From Chrysomallon squamiferum (lineage: Eukaryota; Animalia; Mollusca): a stretch of DNA of 64,000 bases. This document shows positions 13,215 to 42,858 of the stretch, one piece after another. The notes beneath the pieces were generated by a model. It was not told where the DNA came from. It searched no databases and saw only the letters and a list, made by a program, of their open reading frames with translations. The position numbers and the translations under genes were made by a program. Position 1 is the first letter of the stretch. Every line of letters begins with the position of its first letter. The DNA lies in contig CM022667.1 of assembly GCA_012295275.1 (NCBI GenBank), positions 806,001 to 870,000 on the forward strand, written 5' to 3'.

Positions 13215-14760
13215 GAGACATAGATGATAGAGGCTGAAATAAGTGCAGAACAGGCTAGTTTGTGTACTCTATACAATCAGTAAAAGTTAACACCCAGAAA
13301 TTATTTAAAAAACAAAACAAAACCCACTATTTTCTAACTTGTAAACAAATATGAAAAATAAATAAATCAGCTATGTATAGCAACAGTAGTAAAACATGTA
13401 AGAAATGCTGCTGTAATTAGCTTAACATACAATAAATTGAATTTTATATTTGATTATTTGTATGTTGTAGTGGCAATTTCAGACACACACACACACACAC
13501 ACACACACACATTGTTTGTTACTGGTTTGTTTTTATAAACTTATTGTTGATTAACTTTTGAGATACTTACCATACTGATAACATTATACTGATAACATGG
13601 ATTGTTGCAACATTTATTGTTATTTTTATTTTTTAATAATTTTTATTTTAAATCCATCTAGGAATATATGACATAAAAAGCAAAATGGTTATTGTTGATT
13701 TGTTTTCACAGACATTTGCACAGGTGGTTTGTGTCAGAATTAATAAGCATTTGATTTGTACCCATTAAGCTGTTTTCTATTCAGAATAAAAGGCTAGTAA
13801 TATATCAAAGGTTATCAAATCAGCAATCTCAAGATAATGCATAATTTATCACTTATTTACTATAATTATGAGTTAATACTAGAATGATTAATTTAACTTT
13901 TATTATTATTATTTTTTAAATTTACTACTGAAACAAACCAACAAAATTACTATAACAGTACTGTAAATTGCATCACAGAGACATTAAAAATAATATAACC
14001 AAATATTTGTTAAATATCTAATGGACATTCACTTATTTTATTCAGTGTATAAATAATGTATTGTCTATTGAACAAGCAGCGAATTTCTAAATTGCAAGAT
14101 CACATATATTACAGAACATAAACCAATTTAATCATTATTTTTAGGATTTTCTAAGAGTACTTCAAAGAATTTCTATTTATCATTTATATAATGTTCTCTT
14201 GTTGGTAGATAGTTTTAATAAAACATTGATGTTAAAGCAGTAGATGAAATACAGGAAATGTTTCTTAAAAGATGACTGTCAGCACTTCCTATTTCAGTTT
14301 TGAATGTAAACTCGTTAATCACTCATGCATATAAAGTAGTTCAGAAGCATATGAACTTCCTGAAAATTATCTATAAAATGCATTAACCTGACTATGATTT
14401 AAAAAAAAATTAATTTATTATTATTATTATTTATTTTTTGCTGGTGTTTGAAAAATATGTGTAAATTAATCTCTTTTATCTTTTGAATGTTATTAATTAC
14501 TACCTGTATATTTCTAAGTATGTCATTTTCTTTTTAATTTTTTTTTTATTGTTGTTATTATTAATTATATGTATTTTGGTGTTCTGAGGTCTTATTTAAA
14601 ATCATTATTGTTATTGGGAAAAAAAATGTGTCAAGACTAAAGATAAATTGAAGGTACAATACAATTTCTACAAATTCATGTATTTTCACATATATATATT
14701 TGTTCTATATGTTTTACCTCTGATTATTTATTTAGTTAATTGGTTAATTCTTTCTCTGAG

Positions 14761-14795
<35 letters not shown>

Positions 14796-14890
14796 CATTT
14801 ATCTGTTTATTTATTTGTTCATCCATTAATCCATTTGTATTTATTTATTTTTATTTTTATTTTTTATTTTATTTCAGACATGCTGCATTG

Positions 14891-30312
<15,422 letters not shown>

Positions 30313-30795
30313 TCCCACTGAACATAGATGAACATAGAAATTAACAAAGTTGTGATTTTTGACTGTTATTAGGTCATGTGATGAAGAAAATGTTTTATTT
30401 TTTAAAAAATCCCCAAGTTTTATCATCACTGGAAGCCAAAGTTTAAAAAAAAAAAAAAAAAACATTACAGATATTTAAAAAAATAAGTAAATAAATAAAT
30501 AAAAGAATGATATTTTTAATTTTTGTTTCTGTAACTAATTATTTGAAAAGATTCTTGCAGGATCTAAAGGTTGTAAAAAAAAGTGATATTTATGCATATA
30601 ATAGCAGTGATGAAAATAAAAATGTTGTATAGTAACAGGTGAGTGATAATGAAGATGTATCTCGCTTGTTATATCAAGTAATTAAATATATGTGTACATA
30701 TTAAAAAGAGCAGAAATGGATTTTTATAATTATCAAATTGTAAAAAAAAAAATAATGGAATATTTGTCACAAATTGGGTGAAATACTGAGAGGAA

Positions 30796-30838
<43 letters not shown>

Positions 30839-32174
30839 TTTATTTTTTATATTAGAAATGGCCAGCTGTACATGAGAAGTGCACTTTCAGTATGTTGTGA
30901 GTTTTCTTACAGAGGTTAAAAATAATTTTAATTGTAAATCAAGGTTATATGAGAAACGGTGTACGTGCAATTTTGGATGTTTAAATTTAGAAGTTTTCTT
31001 TATGAATATTAGCTAATTGGTAATCAAATTATGAATTTTTTTTTTCTGTTACTGGCTTGTTCTGTTTTACTATTTAATTATTCAGTTATTTTCATTTAGC
31101 AAACATTTTAAGCTAGCTAATATCTAGAGAGTTGATTAAAGGAATGTATGAGTTAAACCATGTAGAATATTGGTTGTATATGCTATTGCTGGCTGGTTAA
31201 TATCTTTACTGACTATATGACTGCAGAATGTTGCATGTGGATAGTCATTGTTAGTGGATAGCATGTTATATTAATAATTAACTAGCTGATACCAATTGTG
31301 TGCCTAAATTAAACCTCTAATTGAGGTTGATAACAATAGCTGGGGGATAGTTACTTTCATTGTATTGACCAAAGACATTTAAAAGTTTGTTAATGAAAGT
31401 GAGAAAAAAAAATGGTGTTTAGTTTATATTAATTGATGTGTTTTAAATTCTGTAGTTTTAAAATTTAAAATTTCGTTTCTTCTGTTTATTAATTTTAAAA
31501 TCAATATTATTACTGTTGTTTTTCATTATTTCTTTAACTGATAGTAATTTGACAAAAGGAATGATGTATAGTTTATTCATCAATAAAACCATTTCACACC
31601 AAGTTAACTTGAAAATCTTTATAAAATAGTTGAGATAGGTTTTATTTGTCCAGTAGTTAGGGGTTTTTTGTATTGTTTTTTTTTTAAATTAAAGTAATTT
31701 TTTTTTTTTTTTAAACCATATACCCTGCACAAATGAATCAGTCAAATTATTTTCATTTTTCTAGTCTTTTTATCAACTACCAATAATTAAATAACAATAA
31801 AAAAAAAAATTCAAGAGATGGATCAAGAATTACTATTTTGGTGCATGATTCTCAATTATTTTTTTTTTATTTTTTAGTTAGGATTCTGTTTCTAATGCAT
31901 TAGTAGTAATAGTAGTAATAATAATAATTATTATTATTAATGCTGTGCTTCTGGTATTAAAAGGCAGATGTTAAAAGTAAATGTAAGCAATACCATCAGA
32001 TATGTTACTTTCTAAAATCTTACAACTATTGTTCAAAGAAAAACTGTGGAGAAGAGAAAGATCAGACTGGCTTTCTGAATTACCCTGAATATTTATTCTA
32101 GAACATTCTTAGTATATTTTAGTGTTTATTGTTATGCAGTTATGTGAAATTTCAAATCTCCCGCTGTATATGTA

Positions 32175-32216
<42 letters not shown>

Positions 32217-35200
32217 CTCATGCAGTTGTATATTATGTATAAATAATAATATTTATGAACGAAATTGATGTTTCGGTGTATGACTATAAATGAAATGCTT
32301 CTTTTTTCTCTTTCATTTCGTTTCTTTTGTTTCTTTGTATGTTACAAATGATGATGTCTATCTCTGAAGAAGAATATTATTTTTGTTTGGACGATTATGA
32401 GATGCACTTGTATTAAACATAACTAATAAATATACTGGGAGTGGATGAGATCATTTTTGTGAGGCTTGTACAGATTATACATTTATTATTTTACAATTCT
32501 TAAAACACAAGTATTTATTTCATAGTGTATCAGTAGAATGGCATTGATTATAAAATGTTGTTATTCAGATCTTTACATCTTGTTCATGACATGAGAGGAT
32601 CCTTAACCTTTAAACCAGGAGCTTAATTGATACATGAGAATTAACATTTCTTCACCTAACACTCCAGAAACCTAACAGTCCAGTCCACATGAAATATGGG
32701 GGAATGTTATTAAATTTTATCAAGAAGCCAGAATGTCACAGAATTTTCAATATTTTTATCCAGGAACTTAATGGTTATACTATAATCCCAAACATTTTAT
32801 TTTATTTGAATAACAAATTCTTAACAGCAACTAATATTATTAAAGGTTAATACCCTTTGCAGTCATTGGAACCATTTTTGTTTTCCTATCCTCTTTATCA
32901 ATGAAGTATACATTTGTAATTTTGTGTTAGAATATTTTTTTCCATTAAGAATAATTCAACTATTTTCAATTTAAAAAATTAAAAAATAAATAAATAGAAT
33001 GTTGTGGGGATCTTTAAGTTTATCTAGGAGCCTGAATGGGATGTGCTAATCCTTATTTTATCATCTAGGATAGGGGAGGTCCACATGACATGATATGAGG
33101 ATCATTAATATATTATTCCATGAACCTGAATAATATAGGAGACCATCCACATATTATGTAGGAGAATTACAACATTTGAGTATCCTTAACTTAATTTTAT
33201 CTTTAATTAAAAAAAAGGTTAGAGATAAAATGATGTAATTTTAACAATGAGTTCTTTAATCTTGGATCTTGATTTACAGTGCTATAGATTACTTGACCAC
33301 AAACTAACTGATCAATGCCATCACCTTGTTTCTTTTCTATATAATCTGATTTGAAAAGAAATCTTTTTGGGTTTTTTTTTTTTTTTTTTCTTTATAAATT
33401 GGTTTGAAATTTGTTTACAGGTAGTGATGTTACTTGTAAATATGGTTGGAAAACAAATGGTGATTATTTTTGTTTTCTATATCTCTTTTTGTGCTTTTTA
33501 CAAATGTGTACATAGTAAATATTGCTATATATTTTATTTCTATAAATACTATACCAAGGAAATAAATAATCTGTAATAATAATAATAACCTGTAACTCTC
33601 TTTTTTAAATAGCTGTGTAATAATATATGGTTTAGTTATTTGAAAGGGCAATCAACCCTTTGATTATTTAGTTATTTAACATCCCCAGTTACTTCAAAAT
33701 GAAATGGAGATGTTATTTATTATTACTGTACATGATTATGATGATGATGATGATAATGATGAAGATGATGAAGATGATGTTGTTGTTGTATTTTGTACAT
33801 ACATGTTATGCCAGTTTGCACAATGAAATGTGGTATGTGCTTTATTATATATTTGGGATAATGTCTTTTATTTTAATTTTTTTTTTAATTCTTCTTTTCT
33901 TTTCTAAACAAACTAACAAACAAAAATATATATACAGAGAGAGAAAGCTTACTAAATTACATAATATAGATCAGCTAGTTTATTTCAGGCAAAATTAAAA
34001 TAAAATCTTAAAATGATTTGTATACTTTTATATTATTATTTAAAATTTAAGTGTTGAAATAATTTTTCACATTATTAGCTATTAAAATGAATTGCATTTT
34101 TAAATTTTTCTTGTTGTGTACTTAATAATAAATAAAAAATTATATATTCAGTGGGATTTTTTATGTATATATCTATTACAAGTAATTAATAAATGACATT
34201 AATTAACCAAGCATTGTCAAAGTATCTCTTTTTTTTTTTTTTTTTTTTTATAAGCAAGAAATTCTACATCTCAAATTTGGTGTCCTTGTTTCTTTATTAG
34301 AAATCACAGTTTAAAAATAATTTGAAAAAAAATAAAATCAAATAGAATGTAACCTGTGATTTCAAAAACAGCAACAGATGTTGAATAAAACATACATCTG
34401 CCTTTAACATGAATAAATTCTAAAAGTGAATTCTGTTCACAAGTATTAGAGTATTTATAGCTAACACTTAGGGAGACAATGTTAAGGTATCTTTCAGTAC
34501 AGTTAAGCAAACATATATATTTTTTTTTTCATATTTGAGATGGGAAGGGGGAAAAATTAATGAGACAGTTAAATATATTTTTTAAGTATTTTCTTGATTT
34601 TATTATTATTGTGTAAAATTATATTTAAAATGAAGCCACATCTTTTTACATACACAAAGGTGTATTGTATATATATTAAAAGTTTCGTGATTTTTTTAAA
34701 ATAAATAAAGCAGAATTTTGTTTTTCTTAAACCTGTTTTACATATTAGACTAAATCTGCATAAATAAATATATTTAAATCTTTTTTTTCTTTTTTTTTTT
34801 TTTTTATTTATTTATTTATATAAATTAATAAATGTTTGTTATATTTGTATCTGCATACCAGAAAAATCAATCAAAATAATTTTGTTAAAATTAACTGAGA
34901 GAGGTAGCTAGTCTTCCCTGGTATATATAGATATATATTCATGGTATTAACTAGCCTGGTTCATATTGCTTTTTATGTAATACCTGTTGTAACTCAACAG
35001 TTTTGCACTTAACAAAACCAACAACCTGACTTAGTTACATTATTTTTTATCTTATTATACATGTTTATTTCCTACTGTAATAAAGGCACTAACCTCAATT
35101 AAATTTTCAGTGACTGTAACAAATAAAACTTCTGTTATTGTTATTTTATACATGATAAAATTCTAATATGATATAATTAAAACAAAATTGTTGTTAAAAC

Positions 35201-36218
35201 AATCAAGAAGCTAAATTAAAGTTTTTCCCAACTTGTAAAAATTGTGTGTTTGTGTTTGAATTTATTTCATATTTAGAGTAATGGTTCGGTTAATGTGTAT
35301 AATATTTAATATAGAAGTAAAAAGTTTTTTAAAATTTATTTTGGTGACTTCTTGTGGTTTATTTTCAACATAAATGTTTGCTTCCTATTCAAATTTTGGT
35401 TTTTCACCAGCTGCAAAGTAACCAATAATTTCAGAAATTATTTTTTACTATAAAATACTATTATTATCATTATTTGTTTTTAATTTATTTATTTATTTAT
35501 TTATTTATTTATTCTATTATTATCCCAATTTAAAAAAAAAAAATTAAAAAATGTTTTACTTCTTTGAGCCCTTTTTCAAAAAATATTTTCTGTTATAAAT
35601 AAAAATAAATAAAGACACCCATTAAAATATTAAAACCTATGCATGACAGTCTAAAATATTTTCTATGGATTATAAAAACGAATATAATTAAAAATACAAT
35701 CTAAAATTAAATTTCTTTAATTTTTATCTGTCTTTTTCTTTTTCTTTCTTTCTTTCTTTCACTCACTACGTGAGTATGTTGTACTTCTTGTTGCTTTGTT
35801 TAATCACACTGGCACTAGTAGACTGATTAACATTATTAATAGCCTATACTGTTGCTGTGAATAAAGCTGTTTACTATATTTTATAGTGTTGAAAAGTGTT
35901 CATTTATATTTCTGTTTTTATTATTTTATAATCTCTTTTTCTTCTTTCTTTTTTCTGTTTTAAAGACTGTGATATATGAATACATATTACACGTGTGTTA
36001 TACGGGTCCTGTCAACTTTTATACCAGGCTGCATAGACAGAGCTGGTATTGATATGTTTTACAATCATCAACATTTACAAGTTACTATCAACAATGGATA
36101 AGTTTATCAATACAGTTATTTTTACATCAAGCAGCCCATGTTAATGCAACAAAAGAAAACAGCTTACAAATAATTATCAGATGTGTCAAAAATCAGTTAA
36201 AATAGATATGCTTACAAA

Positions 36219-36557
36219 CAGGTTAAGGATTTTTGTCAAAAATGCCTAGGATGACAAGTATTTAAAATTTCTGAATATTTCAGATTTAGGAATTTAAGGT
36301 TCATAACTTGCAAATAGGATGTAAGACTAAAGACAAATTCCATTTATTTTTCACATACAGTTTGTATAATTTATTTGTATAAATAGGCTGCAGGATTTTT
36401 TTTCTTATGTTACTTTTAATAATTTGTTCATGAAGTTACATCAGTATATGATAAACCACCTGAAAACTAAAATGTCACCATTTCAACAGTTGAGAAAAAG
36501 TTTTGGCTTTCTGAACTTCTTGCATTTTGAAATTTTGGATAAAGAATCCTCAAACTA
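36219..36557. mobile_element. Degraded Tigger4/MER46-like MITE, copy A
   Basis: Starts CAGGTTAAGGA..AAAATGCCTAGGA and ends TTTTGAAATTTTGGATAAAGAATCCTCAAACTA. Both ends align with the copy at 39935-40217. Confidence 0.5.
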
Positions 36558-36627
36558 CATCAGAAAGTCACACATTTATTGATAAATAATGTAAAATATA
36601 CACGTTTATCTAAATATTTTCTGCCAA

Positions 36628-36925
36628 GCTTTTCTGCAGATAGAATCAAGAGATATGTTAACAAGAACATTTCTCTGGCAATCTTGGAAGTAAAGACTAA
36701 TTTCTGGATTTCCCAGTTTTCTTAACTAATAAGCAATACATAAAATATAAAATAAACAATAAAAAGTAAAGAACAATATTGTATTTAACGGACACAAAAT
36801 TAATACATTTCTAAAGACAGTTTCATGGTATTGTACCTAGTTACATTTTGCATGGAACCAGTCCCATAATATGTCAAGATCAGAATGTTCTTTGATGCAT
36901 TCTGCTGCTTCTATTGTCATACTAG

Positions 36926-36957
<32 letters not shown>

Positions 36958-36981
36958 TCAGTAATACTGCTAATACTACTA
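36628..36981 (+). repeat. ~354-bp element, arm A of an inverted pair (arm B at 42063-42413)
   Basis: Reverse complement of 42063-42413 with only a handful of mismatches or indels. It ends in a (CTA)n-rich tract. Confidence 0.93.
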
Positions 36982-37418
36982 GTGTCTACAACCTTTACAT
37001 TACAATCACTGCTATTACTGCTGCTGTTTTTTATAATACTACTACTACTACTAATAATAATATTATTATTATTATAACTTATATATATATTTTTTTTTCT
37101 ATACTTCAATCCATACTGACAAATAAGGATTTATAGCTACTAAGGATGGATCAATAAACTGATAAATCAATTCCTACAAATGCCATGGGGCTTTTTAATA
37201 TACAGCTGAGTTACATATATACATATATGTCAAAATATTCAGTAAAGTATGTTGTACTATGTTCCCAGTTAGTAACTAGATAAACTGTAATGGACCTGAA
37301 TAAAAAATTAAGTTCTATCTCTTATATTTCAATACAGTTTCGTTAAATAAAGTTAATTTAACAATTTCGAATTTATAGTAGTTTATGTTCACCTACCAAA
37401 AGGTTATTTGGAAAACAG

Positions 37419-37450
<32 letters not shown>

Positions 37451-37879
37451 TTGTTATTATTCTTATTCTTATTATTCTTATTATTATTTCAAATGTCATA
37501 ATACATAGGACAATAAAATGATTTATTAATAGAAATTAAAAATAAATTTGGTTGCATGTTTATTACTACTACTACTACTACTATATTAAGAGCTTTCACG
37601 TAATAGCGAAAACAATGACACAATAAAATTATAGATGATAAGTCAGCATTTTTATATATGTAGACTACCTTGTCCTTATCGTTATTACGTAACATTGACC
37701 TAGTTTTGTTACTGAAATAACAGGCAGTATTAATCCATTTACGTTTCCTTGTGACCTACATTAATAATGTAATTACATCTAATGAGTCTGTGCTTTGAAA
37801 CCCGATATTAACCAAACGTTGACAAAGCATCTTAATGACACACACACACATCAACATAAATTGTACTAGAAAAGCAGAC

Positions 37880-38345
37880 GACGCAAATTGGCTTAAGGCG
37901 CATGCGCTCTATTCCACATGTCGTCATCATTTTCATTTTTTGTTTTAGTATGTACTAATATCAGACATTGTTTTTCTTTAATAAACAAATACATCTACTC
38001 GTGACATTACATTAAGTATTCTTTTTTTTTTTTCAAAAAGAATGTTACTCATCAACGTTAAGCATACGATGCAACGATACTACGACAACGGCAACTCGGT
38101 AACAAAGGACGCCAAAATGGCTGATTGACTGAACAATGTTTTGGTATTCGGTTCTTTGTAAAACGATTGTTATACAGAAAAGCCGGCGACATGAACTATG
38201 TTGTGGATGTCACAGCTATTCACAACATGTTCTAGAACATTGTTTTTGATGTGATGTATTATCTGTTGTGAGTGACACATTGTAAAACATCGTTAAATTC
38301 TGTGGTTAATTTTTACGAGATTTGACTGTGAGACTTTCAGGTATC
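37880..38345 (+). promoter_or_regulatory. Probable NEK11 promoter and 5' UTR exon
   Basis: CpG-enriched island in a CpG-poor context. Inverted CCAAT (ATTGG 37887-37891), NRF1-type palindrome GCGCATGCGC at 37898-37907, YY1-like CCAAAATGGC at ~38112, candidate donor CAG|GTATCC at 38341. Confidence 0.55.
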
Positions 38346-38559
38346 CCAAAAACTATTTTATTTTAAAAAATATAATAATAATACGCTAGAAGAAAAACTA
38401 ATATAAATTGAAGATGTAAAAATAAAATGCGAAAGTTTCTCAATTTACAAACAAGTTACATTTCAAATTAACAAAAACTATCAAAATAAAGTAATTTATT
38501 TTCATAAAGGATTTTTGAACAACATTTTTACCAACTAAAGACGTTCAGATGAAAGAATA

Positions 38560-39359
38560 ATGGCTCCAAGCAGACCCTCAAAGGACAGGGAAACCAATTC
38601 TGCCAGAATACTTGCCAACAGATATGAAATTGCGGGAAAACTTGGAAGTGGGAATTTTGGCACAGCGTTTCTTTGCAAAGACCTAAAGAATAACGATGAA
38701 TTGTAAGTAAATTTAGTAAAATAATGTAAATGTTGCAAGGCTTATATTTATTGTCTTGTTATTAGGACTTCACATCACAATATCCTTTACTTTTCCCAGA
38801 CTGATAATTTACATGTTCTCTGTTTACAATAATTTTATTATCCTGCTTAAAACAATAACACCTGTTAACAATGTAACATATCTGCCAACAGACTTCATGA
38901 AAATAGAAATCAAAGCATTGATTCTTATCTCACCACATGATAAAAATAAAAATATTTGATGCATATTAAATGACATTGAAAAAAACAACAACAAAAAAAC
39001 CTCTCAAAACCTCCAATTAATAACGAAAGAAAAACAATAACAATAAAAAATAAAAATAATAATAATATTAAATAATAATCAATTTGTTATTGGTATTTTT
39101 AATTTTTAATTTTTTTAAAAATTTTTACAAAAATATTATTCGAGTATTATATTGAAATAATTATTGCTTTACTGATATTAGTATTATTAATGGAATCAAT
39201 AGTATTTATGGCTATTGTATTAGTAGTAATATTAATAATAGCTGTTTAATTAGTGGTGTGATTTTAATGTAGAATTAGTAGTTACAATAGTGGTTATACT
39301 ATTAAAGTGATTCTTGACTTGAAAGGTTTACCATTTTAAAATAATCAATAAAAAACAGT

Positions 39360-39390
<31 letters not shown>

Positions 39391-39635
39391 TTAATAAATA
39401 TTAATAAATATTAAAAGTATTCACCAGCATTTTATTATATTAATTTTCTGACATTAATTTACAAAGACTGTACACCAATGATGCAAAATATTTTATGATG
39501 ATATATAGTTATTGACCACCACCACCATCATCAGCAACATCATCATCATTTTACCATCACCACAACCTCCACAATCATCATCATCATTATTATTATTATA
39601 ATTATAATTATTATTATTATTTTATTATTTTATTA

Positions 39636-39684
<49 letters not shown>

Positions 39685-42600
39685 AATTTTTTCTTTCAGA
39701 AAAGTTCTAAAGGAGATATCTGTAGGTAACCTGCAACCTGATGAAACAGTAGATGCTATGCATGAAGCCAGACTTCTCTCAAAGCTTGATCACCCCAGCA
39801 TTGTCAAATTCCATGACAGTTTCATAGATGGAGAGTTTTTCTGTATTATCACTGAGTACTGTGAGGTAACGGTCGTATCTACCAGCATGGTGGAAAATAT
39901 CAAAACATCTATGTAAAAAATATATTTTGTTTCTGTGTAAGCATTCCTTAACTAAAAATGCTAGGGAACCAGGAATATTTCAGATTCCAGAATTTTTTTT
40001 GAGATTTTGGTGTATAAGGAGATAGAATATGATCAAAGTGTAAATGTAAAACTCATTGTTATTTTGTATATAGCTTGTACAGATAGTCTGATGGTATTTC
40101 GTATAATAATATTTATAAAATGTTTGCATGACTTTGAGATTTGTGAACATTCTGAAAAGGTTTTGAATTTTGGAGCTTTTGGGATTTTTAAATTTCAGAT
40201 AAAGGATCCTCAACCATTACTACCTTATTTTAATTACTGCAAGTGATATTATTTTAATGTTTTACTTATTTGCATACTTCTTTTTATTATAAGTGATACT
40301 GTTGTAAATTTTTAACTTATTTTTTTTACTAGAAGTGATACTATTATAATTTTTTACATATTTTTATTACTACAAGTGCTGACATGGTACTATTATAATG
40401 TTATATTTTGCTCACTAGGGTGGGGACTTGGACCACAAGATAAACCAGTGTAGGAAGAACAAAACAAGGATAGATGAGAACACAGTGCTGGACTGGCTGG
40501 TGCAGTTAGTCCTTGCTGTCCACTACATGCACAGCAGACGAGTCCTTCACAGAGACCTGAAAACCAGGTAAAGTGTTCCAGATAGAACAGGTTGTATTTC
40601 TTATGTGTTATATCTCAGATTCCTTTTATTTGTTATATGTCAGAGACATAGCAGGATCTTTCCTTTAACATCCTTTATATGTTATATCTCAGATTCCATT
40701 TAACATCCTTTATATGTTATATCTCAGATTCCATTTAACATCCTTTATATGTTATATCTCAGATTCCATTTAACATCCTTTATGTGATAGCAGGTTCTTC
40801 CCTTTAACATCATTTCAGATACATAGCAGGTTTTTCTTTTAACATGTTTTAACATGCATAGCAGGTTCTTCCCTTTAACATCTTTTTGTGTTATATTTCA
40901 GATACATAGCAGGTTTTTCCCTTTAACATCCTTTATTTGTTATATTTCAGATACATAGCAGGTTTTTCTTTTAACCCTTTAACATCATTTAGCAGGTTCT
41001 TCCTTTTAACATGTTATTTCAGATGCATAGCAGGTTTTTCCTTTTAACATCCTTTATGTGTTATATGTATTTGTTATTATAATATTATAATATTATATGA
41101 AAATTATGGTACATGTTTAAAATAAAAATGAAAAAATATAGATACACATATACATAAACATATACACCCATATATACCCATATATACATACATACATACA
41201 TACATACATATACATACAAGCAGACACATACATATATGCATCCTATAACAACAAACAAACCAGAGATATGATTGTCTATTCATGTGTGTGTGTTTCTGTA
41301 CACACACATCTATGACTAAGCATTTTAAAATGAGCAAAAAACATATATCTTCATGAGCAACAAGATACTATGAATTTATATCTTACACATTTCAAAATAT
41401 GCAGTAATTACTAATGGCTGATGACATATTTCTTTTTGAGAGAACCAAATGATTAATCATACTAAAATGTTCTCTTTTCCTTTTCAGAAATATCTTTTTG
41501 AAGAACAACATGATAAAGATAGGAGATTTTGGAATATCACGAATTCTGATGGGTACCACTGACCTGGCTTCCACATTCACTGGTACACCTTACTACATGA
41601 GCCCCGAAGTCTTAAAACACGAAGGGTACAACTCAAAATCTGACGTTTGGTGAGCTGATATGTTAATTAATAATAATGCATGAAGGCTGACAAAAAATGT
41701 TCTTCTATTATAATTTTTTTTTCAAAAATAGGAATGTAAAAAAAAATCATGTCTGAATAAATAATTGCAGAGTTGTTACTTTCATAAGCTTTTTTTTGAA
41801 AAATCCCTGAATCGTAACCTGTGTGCATTATTGTCGTATTTGCAGGTCCATTGGCTGTATAGTGTTTGAAGTGTGTGCCTTAGATCATGCATTTTTTGGA
41901 CAGAGTCTGATGGCAGTCATGTACAAGATAGTAGAAGGAGATCCACCAGATTTACCAAGTACATACTCCAAGGACCTCAACAGTGTTTTCAAAAAGTGAG
42001 TCTTTTGTTTAAGCAGTGTTAATTATACACAGTAGCAATATATAACCATATATATGTATATATAGTAGTATTAGCAGTATTACTGATAGTAGCAGTAGTA
42101 GTAGTAGTAGTAGTGCTAGTATGACAATAGAAGCAGCAGACTGCATCAAAGAACATTCTGATCTTGACATATTATGGGACTGGTTCCATGCAAAATGTAA
42201 CTAGATACAATACCATGAAACTGTCTTTAGAAATGTATTAATTTTGTGTCCGTTAAATACAATATTTGTCTTGACTTTTAATTGTTTATTTTATATTTTA
42301 TGTATTGCTTATTAGTTAAGAAAACTGGGAAATCCAGAAATTAGTCTTTACTTCCAAGATTGCCAGAGAAATGTACTTGTTAACATATCTCTTGATTCTA
42401 TCTGCAGAAAAGCAGTGATTCAGTTAACGCAATATAAATAATTTACACAGTATAAAGATGTCAGTTTAATATCAAATGTAATAATTTATACAATATGAAG
42501 ACATAGTTATATATATTTATTTCACGCATACGTATGTAAGTAAGTTATGAGAAGTTTGCATATAACTTTTCAGAATGCTTGAGAAGGATCCAGACCAGAG

Positions 42601-42821
42601 GCCATCTGCTAAAGAAATTACAAAAATACCCTTTGTTGCAGCACACATATCTGTAAGTTATATAACATTTTCTACAGAACTTAAAATTACATTACATATG
42701 GAAAACAGATCCCAATATATATATATTACAGTGTTATACACATAATAATTAGAATTTTGTGTTAATTAATACATCAAAGAGTTCATTAAATGTCAGTATA
42801 ATAATAATAATAAATTAAATA

Positions 42822-42858
<37 letters not shown>

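Noticed and set aside
38086-38103. RFX X-box in the NEK11 promoter
   Set aside because: Only half-sites (GGCAAC, GGTAAC) are present, without a matching palindromic left half.
38341-38548. GTATCC donor in the NEK11 5' UTR as a second U12 intron
   Set aside because: It reads GTATCCCA rather than GTATCCTT, and there is no TCCTTAAC branch site near the candidate acceptors.
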